A stretch of DNA of 64,000 nucleotides from Blastocladiella emersonii ATCC 22665. Taxonomy: Eukaryota; Fungi; Blastocladiomycota. Numbering within the stretch: the first letter of the stretch is position 1; each line of letters begins with the position of its first letter. The position numbers and the translations under genes were made by a program. Below are positions 10,604 to 21,332 of this stretch, piece after piece. The notes beneath the pieces were generated by a model. The model saw only the letters and a list, made by a program, of their open reading frames with translations, had not been told where the DNA came from and did no database searches. The DNA lies in contig JANHCV010000006.1 of the NCBI GenBank assembly GCA_025594325.1, positions 1,054,001 through 1,118,000 on the forward strand. Direction: 5' to 3'.

Positions 10604-12652
10604 ATGTCATACCGCATCGAAACCAGCAACGACCAGGGCGACACCTACGTCAGCGACGGGTCCTTCTCGCGCGGCGCCGACGTCGATGTCGCTGCGGCGG
10701 CCGCCGCGGACCAGCGCAAGCTCCTCTTTTTCGGCACCGGCAACAACCCCGGCACGTCCATGACGCCCATCGACCTGACGGGCCCGGCGTGCGGCGATCG
10801 CTTCTACGGGCCGTACCTCAAGTTCGTCGACACCGACCTCGCCGCGGGCCGCTGCCGCTACTCGGTCCTTGTCGTCGCCAAGCCGGGCGTCACCGAGGCG
10901 CCGGCCATCCGCATCATGACGTCGGCGCAGGACGCGATCCCGCAGGTCGCCGGTCCGCCCGCGCTGCTCGACACCTTCGCCGACCACCGGTTCTGGCGCA
11001 TCGACGTGGCCGTGCCCATGCCTACCCGCGGCAACAACGGGCTCGCGTCGGCCGAGATGCGCTACTCGATCCCGGGCACGCGCCGCCCCGAGTCGGAGCC
11101 CTACACGTTCGCGGTGCCCGGCCGCAACGCGCAGTGGAACTGGGCCTTCACATCGTGCAACGGCTTCTCGTCCGACGTTTCTCGGGATGTCGAGCGCGAG
11201 TACGCCGGCATCGCCCCGCTGTGGCGCGACGTGCTGCGCAAGCACGCTTCCGTGAAATACCACGCGATGCTCGGCGGCGGCGACCAGGTGTACATGGACG
11301 GCGTGTGGGACCTGCCCGAGCTGCAGCCGTGGCTCGCGCTCAAGCACAAGGACGCCAAGGCGACGGCGCCGCTCACGCGCGCCATGAACGACGCCGCCCA
11401 CGGCTTCTATTTCGCGCAGTACCTCCACTATTTCGCCAAGGACGGGTTTGCGGATGCGCTCGCCTCGATCCCGTCCATGTTCGTCTGGGACGACCACGAC
11501 ATTTTTGACGGGTTCGGGTCGTACCCGGGCTACCTGCAGGCGTCGCCCGTGTTCCGCGGCCTGTTCATTGCCGCGCAGCGCTTCTACCTGCTGTTCCAGC
11601 ACCACACGACGCTCGCGCGCGCCCGCACCGCCGACGGGTATTTGGGCGTCGACCGTGGCGGCCACTCGGCGGTCCGTCAGATGGGCCCGCACAACGCGGC
11701 GCTGCTCATCGACACGCGCACCGAGCGGTCCGTCGACACGCTCGTGTCGGGCGGGTCGTGGACGCTCATCGAGGAGGCCCTGCGCACGCAGCTCGCGCCG
11801 TCAACGCGCCACCTGTTCGTGTGCGCCACGGTGCCCATGGTGTACCCGCGCCTGCACGCCGAGTCGGTCATCTCGGTCGCCGGCATCGCGGCCAACGCCG
11901 TCGGGCACGTCGCGGGCAAGATGCCGTGGTTCTCGTACCTCAAGAAGTCGGGCGCGTTCAAGACGATCGTCAACTCGCTTGGCGAGCCCGAGCTGCTTGA
12001 CGATCTGAATGATCACTGGACGTCGGCGAACCACGTCGCCGAGCGCAACGCCACGCTCGACATGCTCGGCCGCATCGCGCGCGAGCGCGGCAACCTACGC
12101 ATCACGCTCGTCTCGGGCGACGTGCACTGCGGCGGCGCGGGCCACATCTTCCCGTCGTCGGTGCCCGCGGACCAGTGGCTCACGCACCCGGCGCACATGA
12201 CGCAGATCATCTCGTCGGCGATCGGCAACATCCCTCCGCCGGGTATCGTGATCCGCGCGCTGCATGCCGTCGCCAAGCCGCTCGCCGTTTCGGGGGAGTC
12301 GGGCGACTTGCTGACCGAGGCGATGCTCGCGCCGTTCGACGTGGACGCGAGCGAGCCGACGCACAAGCTGCCGTCCGACCAGCGTGCGCTCATGGGGCGG
12401 CGCAACTGGTGCTCGGTCGAGCCGCGCGGCGCCATGGCGGGCACGCTCACGCTCGAGCTGCGTGTCGAGGTCAACAAGGGCCATCGCGACGGCCTCACGC
12501 ACGCGTACCCGGTCGCCGTCCTGCCCAAGCTCACCGACGCCGAGTTTGCCGCCGGCGGCGGCGGCGGCAAGATGCACACGTCGGCGGACGGTATGACGCA
12601 GGACGCGGGCGCGAGTCTGCGCCAGACGGCGATCCCGATCGTCGGCATGTAA
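10604..12652 (+). CDS. PhoD-like (alkaline phosphatase D family) metallophosphatase, fungal type, 682 aa
   Basis: Motifs WAFTSCNGFS, HAMLGGGDQVYMD, WDDHDIFDGFGSY, DTRTERS, LVSGDVH; no obvious signal peptide. Confidence 0.9.
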   Translation: MSYRIETSNDQGDTYVSDGSFSRGADVDVAAAAAADQRKLLFFGTGNNPGTSMTPIDLTGPACGDRFYGPYLKFVDTDLAAGRCRYSVLVVAKPGVTEAPAIRIMTSAQDAIPQVAGPPALLDTFADHRFWRIDVAVPMPTRGNNGLASAEMRYSIPGTRRPESEPYTFAVPGRNAQWNWAFTSCNGFSSDVSRDVEREYAGIAPLWRDVLRKHASVKYHAMLGGGDQVYMDGVWDLPELQPWLALKHKDAKATAPLTRAMNDAAHGFYFAQYLHYFAKDGFADALASIPSMFVWDDHDIFDGFGSYPGYLQASPVFRGLFIAAQRFYLLFQHHTTLARARTADGYLGVDRGGHSAVRQMGPHNAALLIDTRTERSVDTLVSGGSWTLIEEALRTQLAPSTRHLFVCATVPMVYPRLHAESVISVAGIAANAVGHVAGKMPWFSYLKKSGAFKTIVNSLGEPELLDDLNDHWTSANHVAERNATLDMLGRIARERGNLRITLVSGDVHCGGAGHIFPSSVPADQWLTHPAHMTQIISSAIGNIPPPGIVIRALHAVAKPLAVSGESGDLLTEAMLAPFDVDASEPTHKLPSDQRALMGRRNWCSVEPRGAMAGTLTLELRVEVNKGHRDGLTHAYPVAVLPKLTDAEFAAGGGGGKMHTSADGMTQDAGASLRQTAIPIVGM

Positions 12653-13414
12653 CCTCCCGCGTTGATTGCCGAATTTTTGTGTCATGAATGCATGCGATTG
12701 TTTATATCATGAATCACACGAGTCGGCGGAGATGAGCTTCACGTCCAACACTGAGCTCCGAAGTCAGGTCGCGGAGGGAAGACCCGGAGTGAGAGCCCAG
12801 GCAGCGGTCCGCGAGACGGCGACGTGCCGCGAGGTCTCAGCGACCCAATCTCGAGCGGCGCGGCTAGTTGCTAGTCCGCAGATTCATGACCAGCGCGTTC
12901 TCTGCCACTCTCTCACGCGATGCTAATCAGTCAACCTGCCAATGGGTGCGGCTTTTCAGCCCATTCATGAAACTAATGTGTGTTGCTCAGCCTGCATAGC
13001 ACCGGTTCCAGACAAGGCGGCCTGCTCAACACGCCGTCGCGTCGGGATCCGTTCGATGCGGTGGCGATGGGTAGAAGCGTGGTCGCGCGCGAGGCCAAGC
13101 CGGGTACCGTCGACCGGCTCGCCTTGCTCAGCGAGCCATGCCGGCAGCAGACCTTCCCTCGAGCTCATAGTTTCAGCAAGTTACTTGGTGTTTCCATGTG
13201 AACGTCAAGCTCGCCGTGGTTGGTGCGGAGAGAGCAGAGCTCTCGCTTGATCGCCCTTGTGCGGACTCCGCAGTCATGTGGGCCGCTGCCGATGAGCGAC
13301 GCGGTGCGCCAGCCGCCGTGCCCGTCCCGCCGCACCCGATTTCTCGCGAGCACTGCCATCTAATGCTTGTTCCGCGCGCTTGATTGCTTCGGCGCTTGAT
13401 GCATTCACCCATTC

Positions 13415-16319
13415 ATGTCAACGACGAACCGTTCAGCTGGTGAGGAGAACCGCGCACCACTCACTGGCCTCGACCTGTGGACCCTCGCACATTCGGACGC
13501 GCCTGGTGAACTTGCGACCAGCGATGCCGGCCGACCGTCGCTTCACGATACCGTGACCTCGGGCCCTTTCAACTGGCGCCGGTACCGCGGTCGCCCGATC
13601 GCATGGCTTGGTCGCCTCGGCCGCCGCTCCGCCCGCTCGCCGCATACGCTGCCCGCCGTCGGCATGTCCCTCGTACTGCTGATCGGCCTCGGTACCTTTG
13701 CGTGACGCTAGTCAGCAACGCGTACTCCACGCTGACCTCGCATCGCGCCGCGTATGCAGCGGCTGCTCTCGGATTGAGCCTGTGGTTCCGCTCCATCGAG
13801 CGGAAGACCTTCTTGCGCGACTTCACCAACACTTGCCAGGTCAGCGTTCGCTCATTGGAGACCGTGTTCGCCGTGCGCTCGATCCAGTACCTCACCAATC
13901 TCGCCTCGTTTGCGCATGCCACGAGTGACCTCTCTTTGGGTACGAGCGCGCTGGACTGCTCACCAGTTCGAGTAACGACTGACACTATCCTGCACGCTTT
14001 TGTAGAGCGTCTTGGCCAGTACGGCACGCGCTCTTCATTCGACCGCAACCTCTTCTACCGCATGATGCTCGCCGCGGTGATTGACAAGGCCCAGGCCGGC
14101 GAGCTCGAGCGATGGTACAACTTGACGATTTGGTCGAACCCGGATAACCTCGCCGAGAACGACACGATCATGTGTGTCGGCGTCTACCTGTACGTGATTG
14201 ATTGCACGTGTCGAGACGACCTGAGCTCACGAGTCGTTTCCCATCGCGCTCCAGGTGGGCCGGCGACGGTAGTACAAGTCGCGGTGTCGGCTGGAGCCTG
14301 CTGACCGACGATCTCCGCCGCAAGCCGATCCTCGACACCATCAACTCCAACCACTGGACGTCGAGCACGCCTATGCTGTTCCTCGATAACCACAAGCTCG
14401 GCGTCAGCTTGTACATGAACGTCGCCCCTCGCGATCCAACACCTTTGACGCCCTTCACGCGCTGGGTCGTCTCGGTCGGTCTCAACCTCCACGACTTGTT
14501 TACCAACACGCTGCTCAGCGCATTTCGCGCCAACGACGACCTGAAGCGCAACGCCTTTGCCCTACGCATGCACTATCCAGGCTACCCCGAGCCCGTATTT
14601 ATCTACGACCCGGCCAGTACGAGAGCTGGTGCCAACAACTCGACGCTCACGCCCGAGTCGCTCGCGACGCACGAGACGTACGTGCTGCCGTTCGTCGTCA
14701 AGGGCCTCGATCCGTGGCGCGTCGAGTGCATCCCGACCAAGGCCTACCGCCACCAGTACGGCACCGTGTGGCCGTGGGTGCTCTTCGCGATCGTGACCGC
14801 GGTGTCCATCGTGGCCGCCGAGCTGGCCCGCCGCGGGCTCAAGCGAGTGGTCGCGTCGCAGCAGACGCTTCGCCGCGTGCGCGCGCAGGAGCGGCTGCTC
14901 GACACGCTGCGCGACTACTCGAAGGCCATCACGCAGGCCATCCCCGACGGGATGGTCTTACTTGACAGCGACGGGCTTATCATGGGCGCCAACGACGCCG
15001 CGCTTGAGATGGCCGGCTACTCCATGGGCCAGCTCGACCGTGTTCACGTTTCCGCCGTGCTCAGCGTGCAGCCCATCAACACTGCCGAGCCGAACGAGCA
15101 TTTCTCTGCGACTTTCGATGAGGACGGCGTCGAGGCTACGGCCTCATCTGGCTCTAGCCTTCGCTCCTCGGTCTCGACGCTGCGCGGTCGCCGCTCTCAG
15201 CATTCGCTCGCTGGATCAACCTCCACAGCGTCTAGCCCACACCTTTCTGCCGCAGCCACTTCTTTTCGAAGCCCTTCTACGCTCGTGTCGGGTACGCACG
15301 ACGGCCTCGTCCTGCGCCGTGACGGTTCCACGCTCGCGATCCAGCTCTCAGTCAGCGCCGTCGAGGACAGCACCGAGCGGACCATGACCACTGCCACCAC
15401 TCCACCGCCCGGCGCCGCGCAGCCCGAGATCCCACTGCGCCGCCGACTCGCCCAGGTGGTCCTGTTCCACGATATTTCGGAGCGTGTCGAGCACATGCGC
15501 AAAGCTGCCGGCCTCCAGCGTTCCGCGGCCGAGTCGGCCCGCGCACGCCGTCGGCTGCTCCAGCTCGTCGTCGGCAGCGTGTACGAGGACGCGCAGGACA
15601 TGGTCGTCGACCTCAATTCAGCAAATGCCAAGGACGCGGCTCGTGGCGAGCTCGACGATGCGTGCGAGGCCGCGTGGCACGTCGTCGACACGCTCAACGA
15701 CGTGGCCGGGTACTCGGGCGTCGAGATGCCGTGTCCCGTTGACCGTGTAGAGGTCGGCAGTGGAACTCTGGCCGAGTTTGTGGGCCGCGTCATCGAGAGC
15801 GCGCTCGAGCTGCGGAGGAGCAAGATCAACGCCCGAGCGCTGGACGTGGCCGTCGATCTCGCCGCCCTTGGCTCGCGCCCAGTTCCTGCAGCTTCATCCA
15901 CTGCACTCCTGGCCATCGTGACCAAGGCCATCGAGGTTGCAGTCAAACTTGCCGAGCCGCAGGCGCAGTGTCGGATCGCAGCGACAACGTCACCTCCTGC
16001 CACGGCAACAACTACTCGACGTTCTTCGACAAACATGACCGAGCTCCTCAAGTTCACCGTCAGCCTCAGTCGCACAAGCTCGTCGGCGTCTGCGCTTCAA
16101 CAGCTCACCCGCGACGATGCGTCCGACCCAGGCGCTGGTCTTGATCTTACCCTCGGCTCGCGCGGGTCCGAGTTCGGTAACGTCAGTCTCACGTACGCGG
16201 CACTCGTCAAGATGGTGCAGCTCGCGGGCGGGCGTGTCGAGGTCGCGCCGCAGTCTGCAACAACTGGCTCGGGTGAAAGTGGGTGGATTGAGCTCACCGT
16301 GATTGTCCTGCTGATTTGA
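13415..16319 (+). CDS. Membrane CHASE-like sensor + PAS + degenerate histidine-kinase core (pseudokinase, no receiver); reading-frame break near 13700
   Basis: TM1 in ORF 13415 (AVGMSLVLLIGLG); frame change at ~13692-13711; intron 14190-14254 (GTACGT...CAG) joins ...GVYL/WAGDGSTSRGVGWSLLTDDLRRKPI (CHASE-like); TM2 WPWVLFAIVTAVSIVAAEL; PAS AIPDGMVLLDSDGLIMGANDAALEMAGYS; remnant HisKA/HATPase (LNDVAGYS, LVKMVQLAGGRVEV) lacking H, N and G1 boxes. Confidence 0.7.
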
Positions 16320-16424
16320 TTTTCAATCAAGACTGTTTCATAGGATTTGTACATCTTCTCTCCCAGCGCGCTCGCGAACCACACGGATCCTGATCACATC
16401 CCCAACGTATGTATTGAGCGCTGC

Positions 16425-17531
16425 TCATCGCGGCACGATCGTAGTTGCCATCCCGCCCACCGTCTGCCCAGCCGCAACCGTATCGTCAAAGTGCATCACC
16501 GCGCGGTGTCCCACTTGGCTGCTCCGCGACACCCGCGTCCGCACGATGCGCCGGAATTGCGCCTCGATCAGGATCCCGACGCAGAAGATGAGCGTGGTGA
16601 TACTCGCACGCGTGACGATAGTCATGTACGCGCCCGCGATCCCGAGAAAGATGAGAGTAATGACCCAGCCCGACACGAAGATCCATGAGAGGACGGCGTA
16701 GGTCTGGCGGATCGATGACATGAGATGTTGCCGGCGCTGCTGCGTGCCGAAGCTATCGCGGGGCCGCACGTCCTCGGCGCCGGCGCCATGCGATGAGGAT
16801 GGAGACGACGAGGTGCCGACAGCACTCCTGGTCGATGCGCTGCTCGAGCTCACTCGCTTGAAGGCAGCGACCGAGGCCGACATACGCGCACCGACTCTTT
16901 TGCCGGCGTTTGCCGTAATGGATGTGTCGGTGAAAGCGCTGTGATACGCGTAAAGCGTGCAAGTAACGTTTCACCCGGCCTGCACCGCGTTGAGCGCGAG
17001 AAGAATCCACGGCAGCTCGTACTGCGTCCACTCGACGTCGGTCCGCGCCACCGAGTCGATGTGGTAGTACGTGACAAAGTAATTGATTGGAAGCATGGCC
17101 ACAGTGATGCCGATGCTCACGGGCGTGATGGCCGAGTGGAACCACGTCCGTTTGATGCAGATCGACGTCACGCGGCGCATCATCGTGAGGTTGCTGAAGG
17201 CGGCGAGCAGCGAGGTGACGACGCAGATCAGCGTCGTGTGGTATGGATGGTAGTCGCGGATCGTGGGAAACGAAGAATGTCCCAGTGCGTAGAGGTTGGC
17301 GGCAAACCACGACGCGGCGGCGAGCGAGCTTGCGAGCATGATGTATGGCACGTAATCGAACCCGCGGCATCTGCGCCTCGACTTGGACTCCGGCGAGATG
17401 CGGTGCTTACGCAGGTGTAAATAGATCTCGGCGGCGCTCACGGACAAGGTCGCCGCACACGCAAGGGCGCCGAGCGCCGTGATCGCCACAAACAGCGGGG
17501 TTTCGGTGACTGGGAGGTGATAGTCTTTCAT
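16425..17531 (-). CDS. Putative seven-transmembrane (GPCR-like) protein with in-frame TGA at 16971-16973 or a 36-nt intron
   Basis: ORFs 16971-17618 and 16425-16883 are in the same frame; from ATG 17531 about seven hydrophobic helices with a long polar loop between TM5 and TM6; the stop can be bypassed by a weak intron 16974-16939 (GTGAAA...CAG). Confidence 0.6.
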
Positions 17532-17982
17532 TTGTGTTGCGTCCAGTGTTACATAGAAGGCGGTCTCGTTTCGGTTGCTTCCGTTTCTCTCAGGCACGAA
17601 TCGAGGGCGTTCGAACACACCGAACCGCGGTGGGCGACGCGGCCCTTTTGATGACTACCGCGAGCGCCTCCGGGTTCGGTTTACCCGAATTTCCCACCTG
17701 ATTACTCGGTGCCGCATGATAGGCAAGCAGAAGCCAAAGCCCGGGAGAGAATGTCTCCACGAACTGGGGAGACGCGTCGAACAAACACGTGAGTGGCGCC
17801 GCTCGCGTTGCGCCACTTGTGTCTTGGATTCGCCAAGTTTTGAGCTCACCTTCCTCGCTCGCTCACTTGTGAGCGCTCGGAAATTTTCGCCAGGATAGTT
17901 GGTGCAGGTATCCGAGCGTCTCGGGCAAGGTGCATGGGAGATATTGTTCAAAACTGTTGTATCTATCACACAATCGTGGCCA

Positions 17983-20863
17983 TCACCGAGGCGCGGCCGC
18001 CTCCCACTTCTCGTTGAGCTGGAGGAAGATATCCTCGAGCGTCGACATGCCGAGCCCGACAGCCGCGACGCCGAGCCCGTGCTGCGCGTTGAGCGCGTCC
18101 CAGCCGTGGAAGAACTCGGTGAACTTGGCCATGGCCGCGTCTTCGCCACCCTCGCCGCCTGCCGCGCTCGGCAGCGTGAAGGTAGCGAGTGCTGGCGACG
18201 CCTCTTGAATCGTCGCGCCCGGAAACGCCGCCTGGATCACGGCGAGGATCCGGTCCGGGTCAAACGCCCTGCCCGCGTCGCCCGGCGCGCGCTCCGCCGA
18301 GAACCGGTACCCGGACCCGAACTTGCGCTTGAAGAAGAGCGGGGACCCGACGACGCACATCTCGCCCTTGGCCATGACGGCGACCGTGTCGGACAGGGCG
18401 TCGACCTCCTCGAGCGAGTGCGACGTCATGATGATGGTTGAAAACGCGCGCATCTCGTGGATGACGCGCCAGATGTGCGTCCTTGCGTACGTGTCGACCA
18501 TGTCCGACATCTCGTCGCACACGAGCAGGGGCGGCGCGCCCAGGAGCGCGATCGCGAGCGTCAGCTTGCGCTTCATCCCGCCCGACAGCGTCGCCACGCG
18601 GTCGTGCGCGCGCGACTTGAGGTACAGGTCCTGCAGCAGCTGCAGGAGGTACGCGTCCGTATCGGTCGACGGGCCCGCCGTGATCCGCACGCCGCGGATC
18701 GCGGCAAAGATGCGCAGGTGCTCGAGACACGTCAGGTGCGGCCACAGAATGTCGTCCTGCGGACACAGGCCGATCTGCTGCTGGATCGCCGGCAGCGTCG
18801 CGTCCGTCATGGGGATTCCGAGCACCGCGATGGACCCAGAGTCGGGACGGAGCAGGCCCGTCAGCATTGACAGCGTCACCGACTTGCCCGACCCGTTCTT
18901 GGCTGCGAGTCCGAGCACGGTGCCTCGCGGCACGTCGAGCGACAGCTGGTTGACGGCCGTGAACGTCGTCGGATTGCCCTTCTTCTCCTTAGCCTTCTTT
19001 GCGGCAGCGGCATCGGGGGTGGCGCCGTCGTTGGTCGACTCGACGGTGCGCTTGAACGTCTTGATGAGCCCACGCAGCGACACGGCGAGGTCGGCGGGCG
19101 CCACGTGGTCGGCGTCGAGGCCCGGGTCGCGGATGACGGCGGGCGGCGGCGCACCGCCGCGGGTCGTGGTGGCGGAACGCGTCGAGGCAGAACTCGCAGC
19201 TGCCGCCGCGGCGGTCGCGTTGCGCGCGGCAAGCTCGGGGTCCCAGTACTCGCGGTTGAACGGGAAGCCGGCGGGGAGTCCCTGGCCGTACGATCCGGGG
19301 AACACCTTGTCGAGGTACCACGCGAGGGCGGCGTAGATGACGGCGTCGACGGCGATGAAGGCGAGGAGCAGTGGGACCTGCGTGTCCATCATGGACGCCC
19401 AGTTCGTCGGGATGGTCATGACCTCGCGCGCGGTGAGGATCGAGATGAGGCGAGCAAAGGCGACGGGCGAGACGAGGTACAGGAGCACCTCGACGGGGCT
19501 CGTGAGGCCGAACGCGGGCGACGCGCCGGCGGGGCTGAAGACCAGGATCAGGCCGACGGCGTACAGGACCAGGGCGGCGTACATGGCGAGCTGCGACGTG
19601 CTCTCGGCCTTCTTGGGGTCCTCGACGAGAACCGACAGCACGAGGCCGAGCAGCGTGCAGGTGGCGAGGAACAGCGCGAGCGCGACGAACAGCAGGATCG
19701 GGTCGGTCGACGCGAACAGGCGGCCGAGCACCGAGATGGCCGTGATCCCGACGACGGTCGGCAGGTCCGTCACGAAATACGTCGTGGACATGGCAGCGAG
19801 ATAGACGGTCGACCCGAGCCCCTGCACGGCGAGCGTCGACTTGATGCGGGCCTTTTTCTCGGAGGCGACGGCGCGCAGCACATTGGCCCACATGCCGGCG
19901 AGCATGAAGACGAAGTAGAAGGGGAACAGGCTGGTGATGGACGAGGACCGCTGCTGCAGCGTGTTGATGAAGGTGAAGCGCGGCGACCCGCCGCCCGAGC
20001 TCGTCGTGCCGTTGGCAAAGGGTGCGGCGAGCGGCGGCAGCGCGTACTGGGCGCGCACCGTGTTGATGATGGCGCGCTCGACGTAGGTCTGCGCGGTGAG
20101 GAACCGCGTGGTCACGAAGCTCGCCGCAAACGACGAGTAGTTGGTGTAGACCGTGTACTCGACGCCGGCCGGGACCTTGGGCAGCGCCGTGACCGCGTCG
20201 GCGTTGGCGTACGGGAACGAGACGGCGGCCGAGACGTTCTTGAACTCGACGGCGGCGACGATGGCGCCGGGGTGAGCGAGGAAGTAGTCGAGGATGGCGG
20301 CACGCGACGGGAAGCCGCGGATGGTCGCCGGGTTGGGCTCCGAGGCGGCAACCAGCGGGACCAGCTGGCGCAGGATCGGGCCGACGGGCGTCGAGTTGGT
20401 GTAGGCGAGGTGGACGCAGTCGTCGCGCGGAGTCACGCCGACGCAGGTGCCCTCGGTCAGCAGCGGGAAGTTGTTGACGGCGGGCGGCAGCGCCTTGCTC
20501 CCCGTCGACGCGTTGAGGACGACGAGGATGCCGAGCATGCTAGCGGGTCCAGACGCGTTAGCGGTCGAAGCAGTAGCGAGCACGCAAGTGGAAACCATAC
20601 TAGAGCGGCATGATAATGGACATGATCCACGGCATCGAGTCGCGGGCTTTGACGAGCAGGTTCTTGCGGCACAGCGCGAGAAACTGGGCCCACGCCGACC
20701 GGTGCGTCGCGAGCGTGTAGAGCGTGTGGGCGGTCGGGCGGTCGCTCCACTCGGACTCGACGCCGAGGCCAGCGGTGCCGGTGCCGGGCGGCGGCGCCTC
20801 ATCGCCCGCATCGAGCGCGGCAGTGAGCGGCACGGTGCTCCCGTGCGCTTCGGAATGATTCAT
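17983..20863 (-). CDS. Half-size ABCA-subfamily transporter (TMD-NBD), 939 aa
   Basis: Exon 1 20863-20601, intron 20600-20540 (GTATGG...TAG), exon 2 20539-17983; QFLALCRKNLLVKAR ABCA N-terminal motif, large extracellular domain, EKKARIK, AVNQLSL, Walker A variant LAAKNGSGKS, LSGGMKRKL, VCDE, FFKRKFGSGY. Confidence 0.92.
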
Positions 20864-21332
20864 GGCAGTGCGAGGCGGGCGCAGTGCAGCAAGTAGCGAG
20901 GCACGGTGCGTGTGATGGTCCGAGGGCGGAGAGAGTGGGAGGGAGCGGCGGGTCTTGAGGCCAGCCCGGAAGGTCCACGACGAAGGCTGCGGCGTGTTGG
21001 CGGCAGGGTTCGTGCCTCTCATAGCGCGAAGGACCCCGTCATAAATGCGGAAGAAAGTTCGGCCGGGGTGCACAGCTTGGCGAAGGCGAAGCGGAGGAGG
21101 GGCGTCGATTGGGCCCGATCTGGTGGCCGGGTGGCGTTGTTCGCCTGCTTCCGTCGCCGGTCCAACTCGCGCTTCTCTCCGAATGCACCCTGCCAAGGTC
21201 TTCCGCGGAAGCGCACCCCATGCAAAGCGCTCTTAAGCCGTGACCCGCGCTCCTGCCGCGCTCTTGCTATGCTCTCGACGCTGTAACACGCCCGGCCTCG
21301 ACACGACGACAACCGACCTCACTTCTCGCAAC

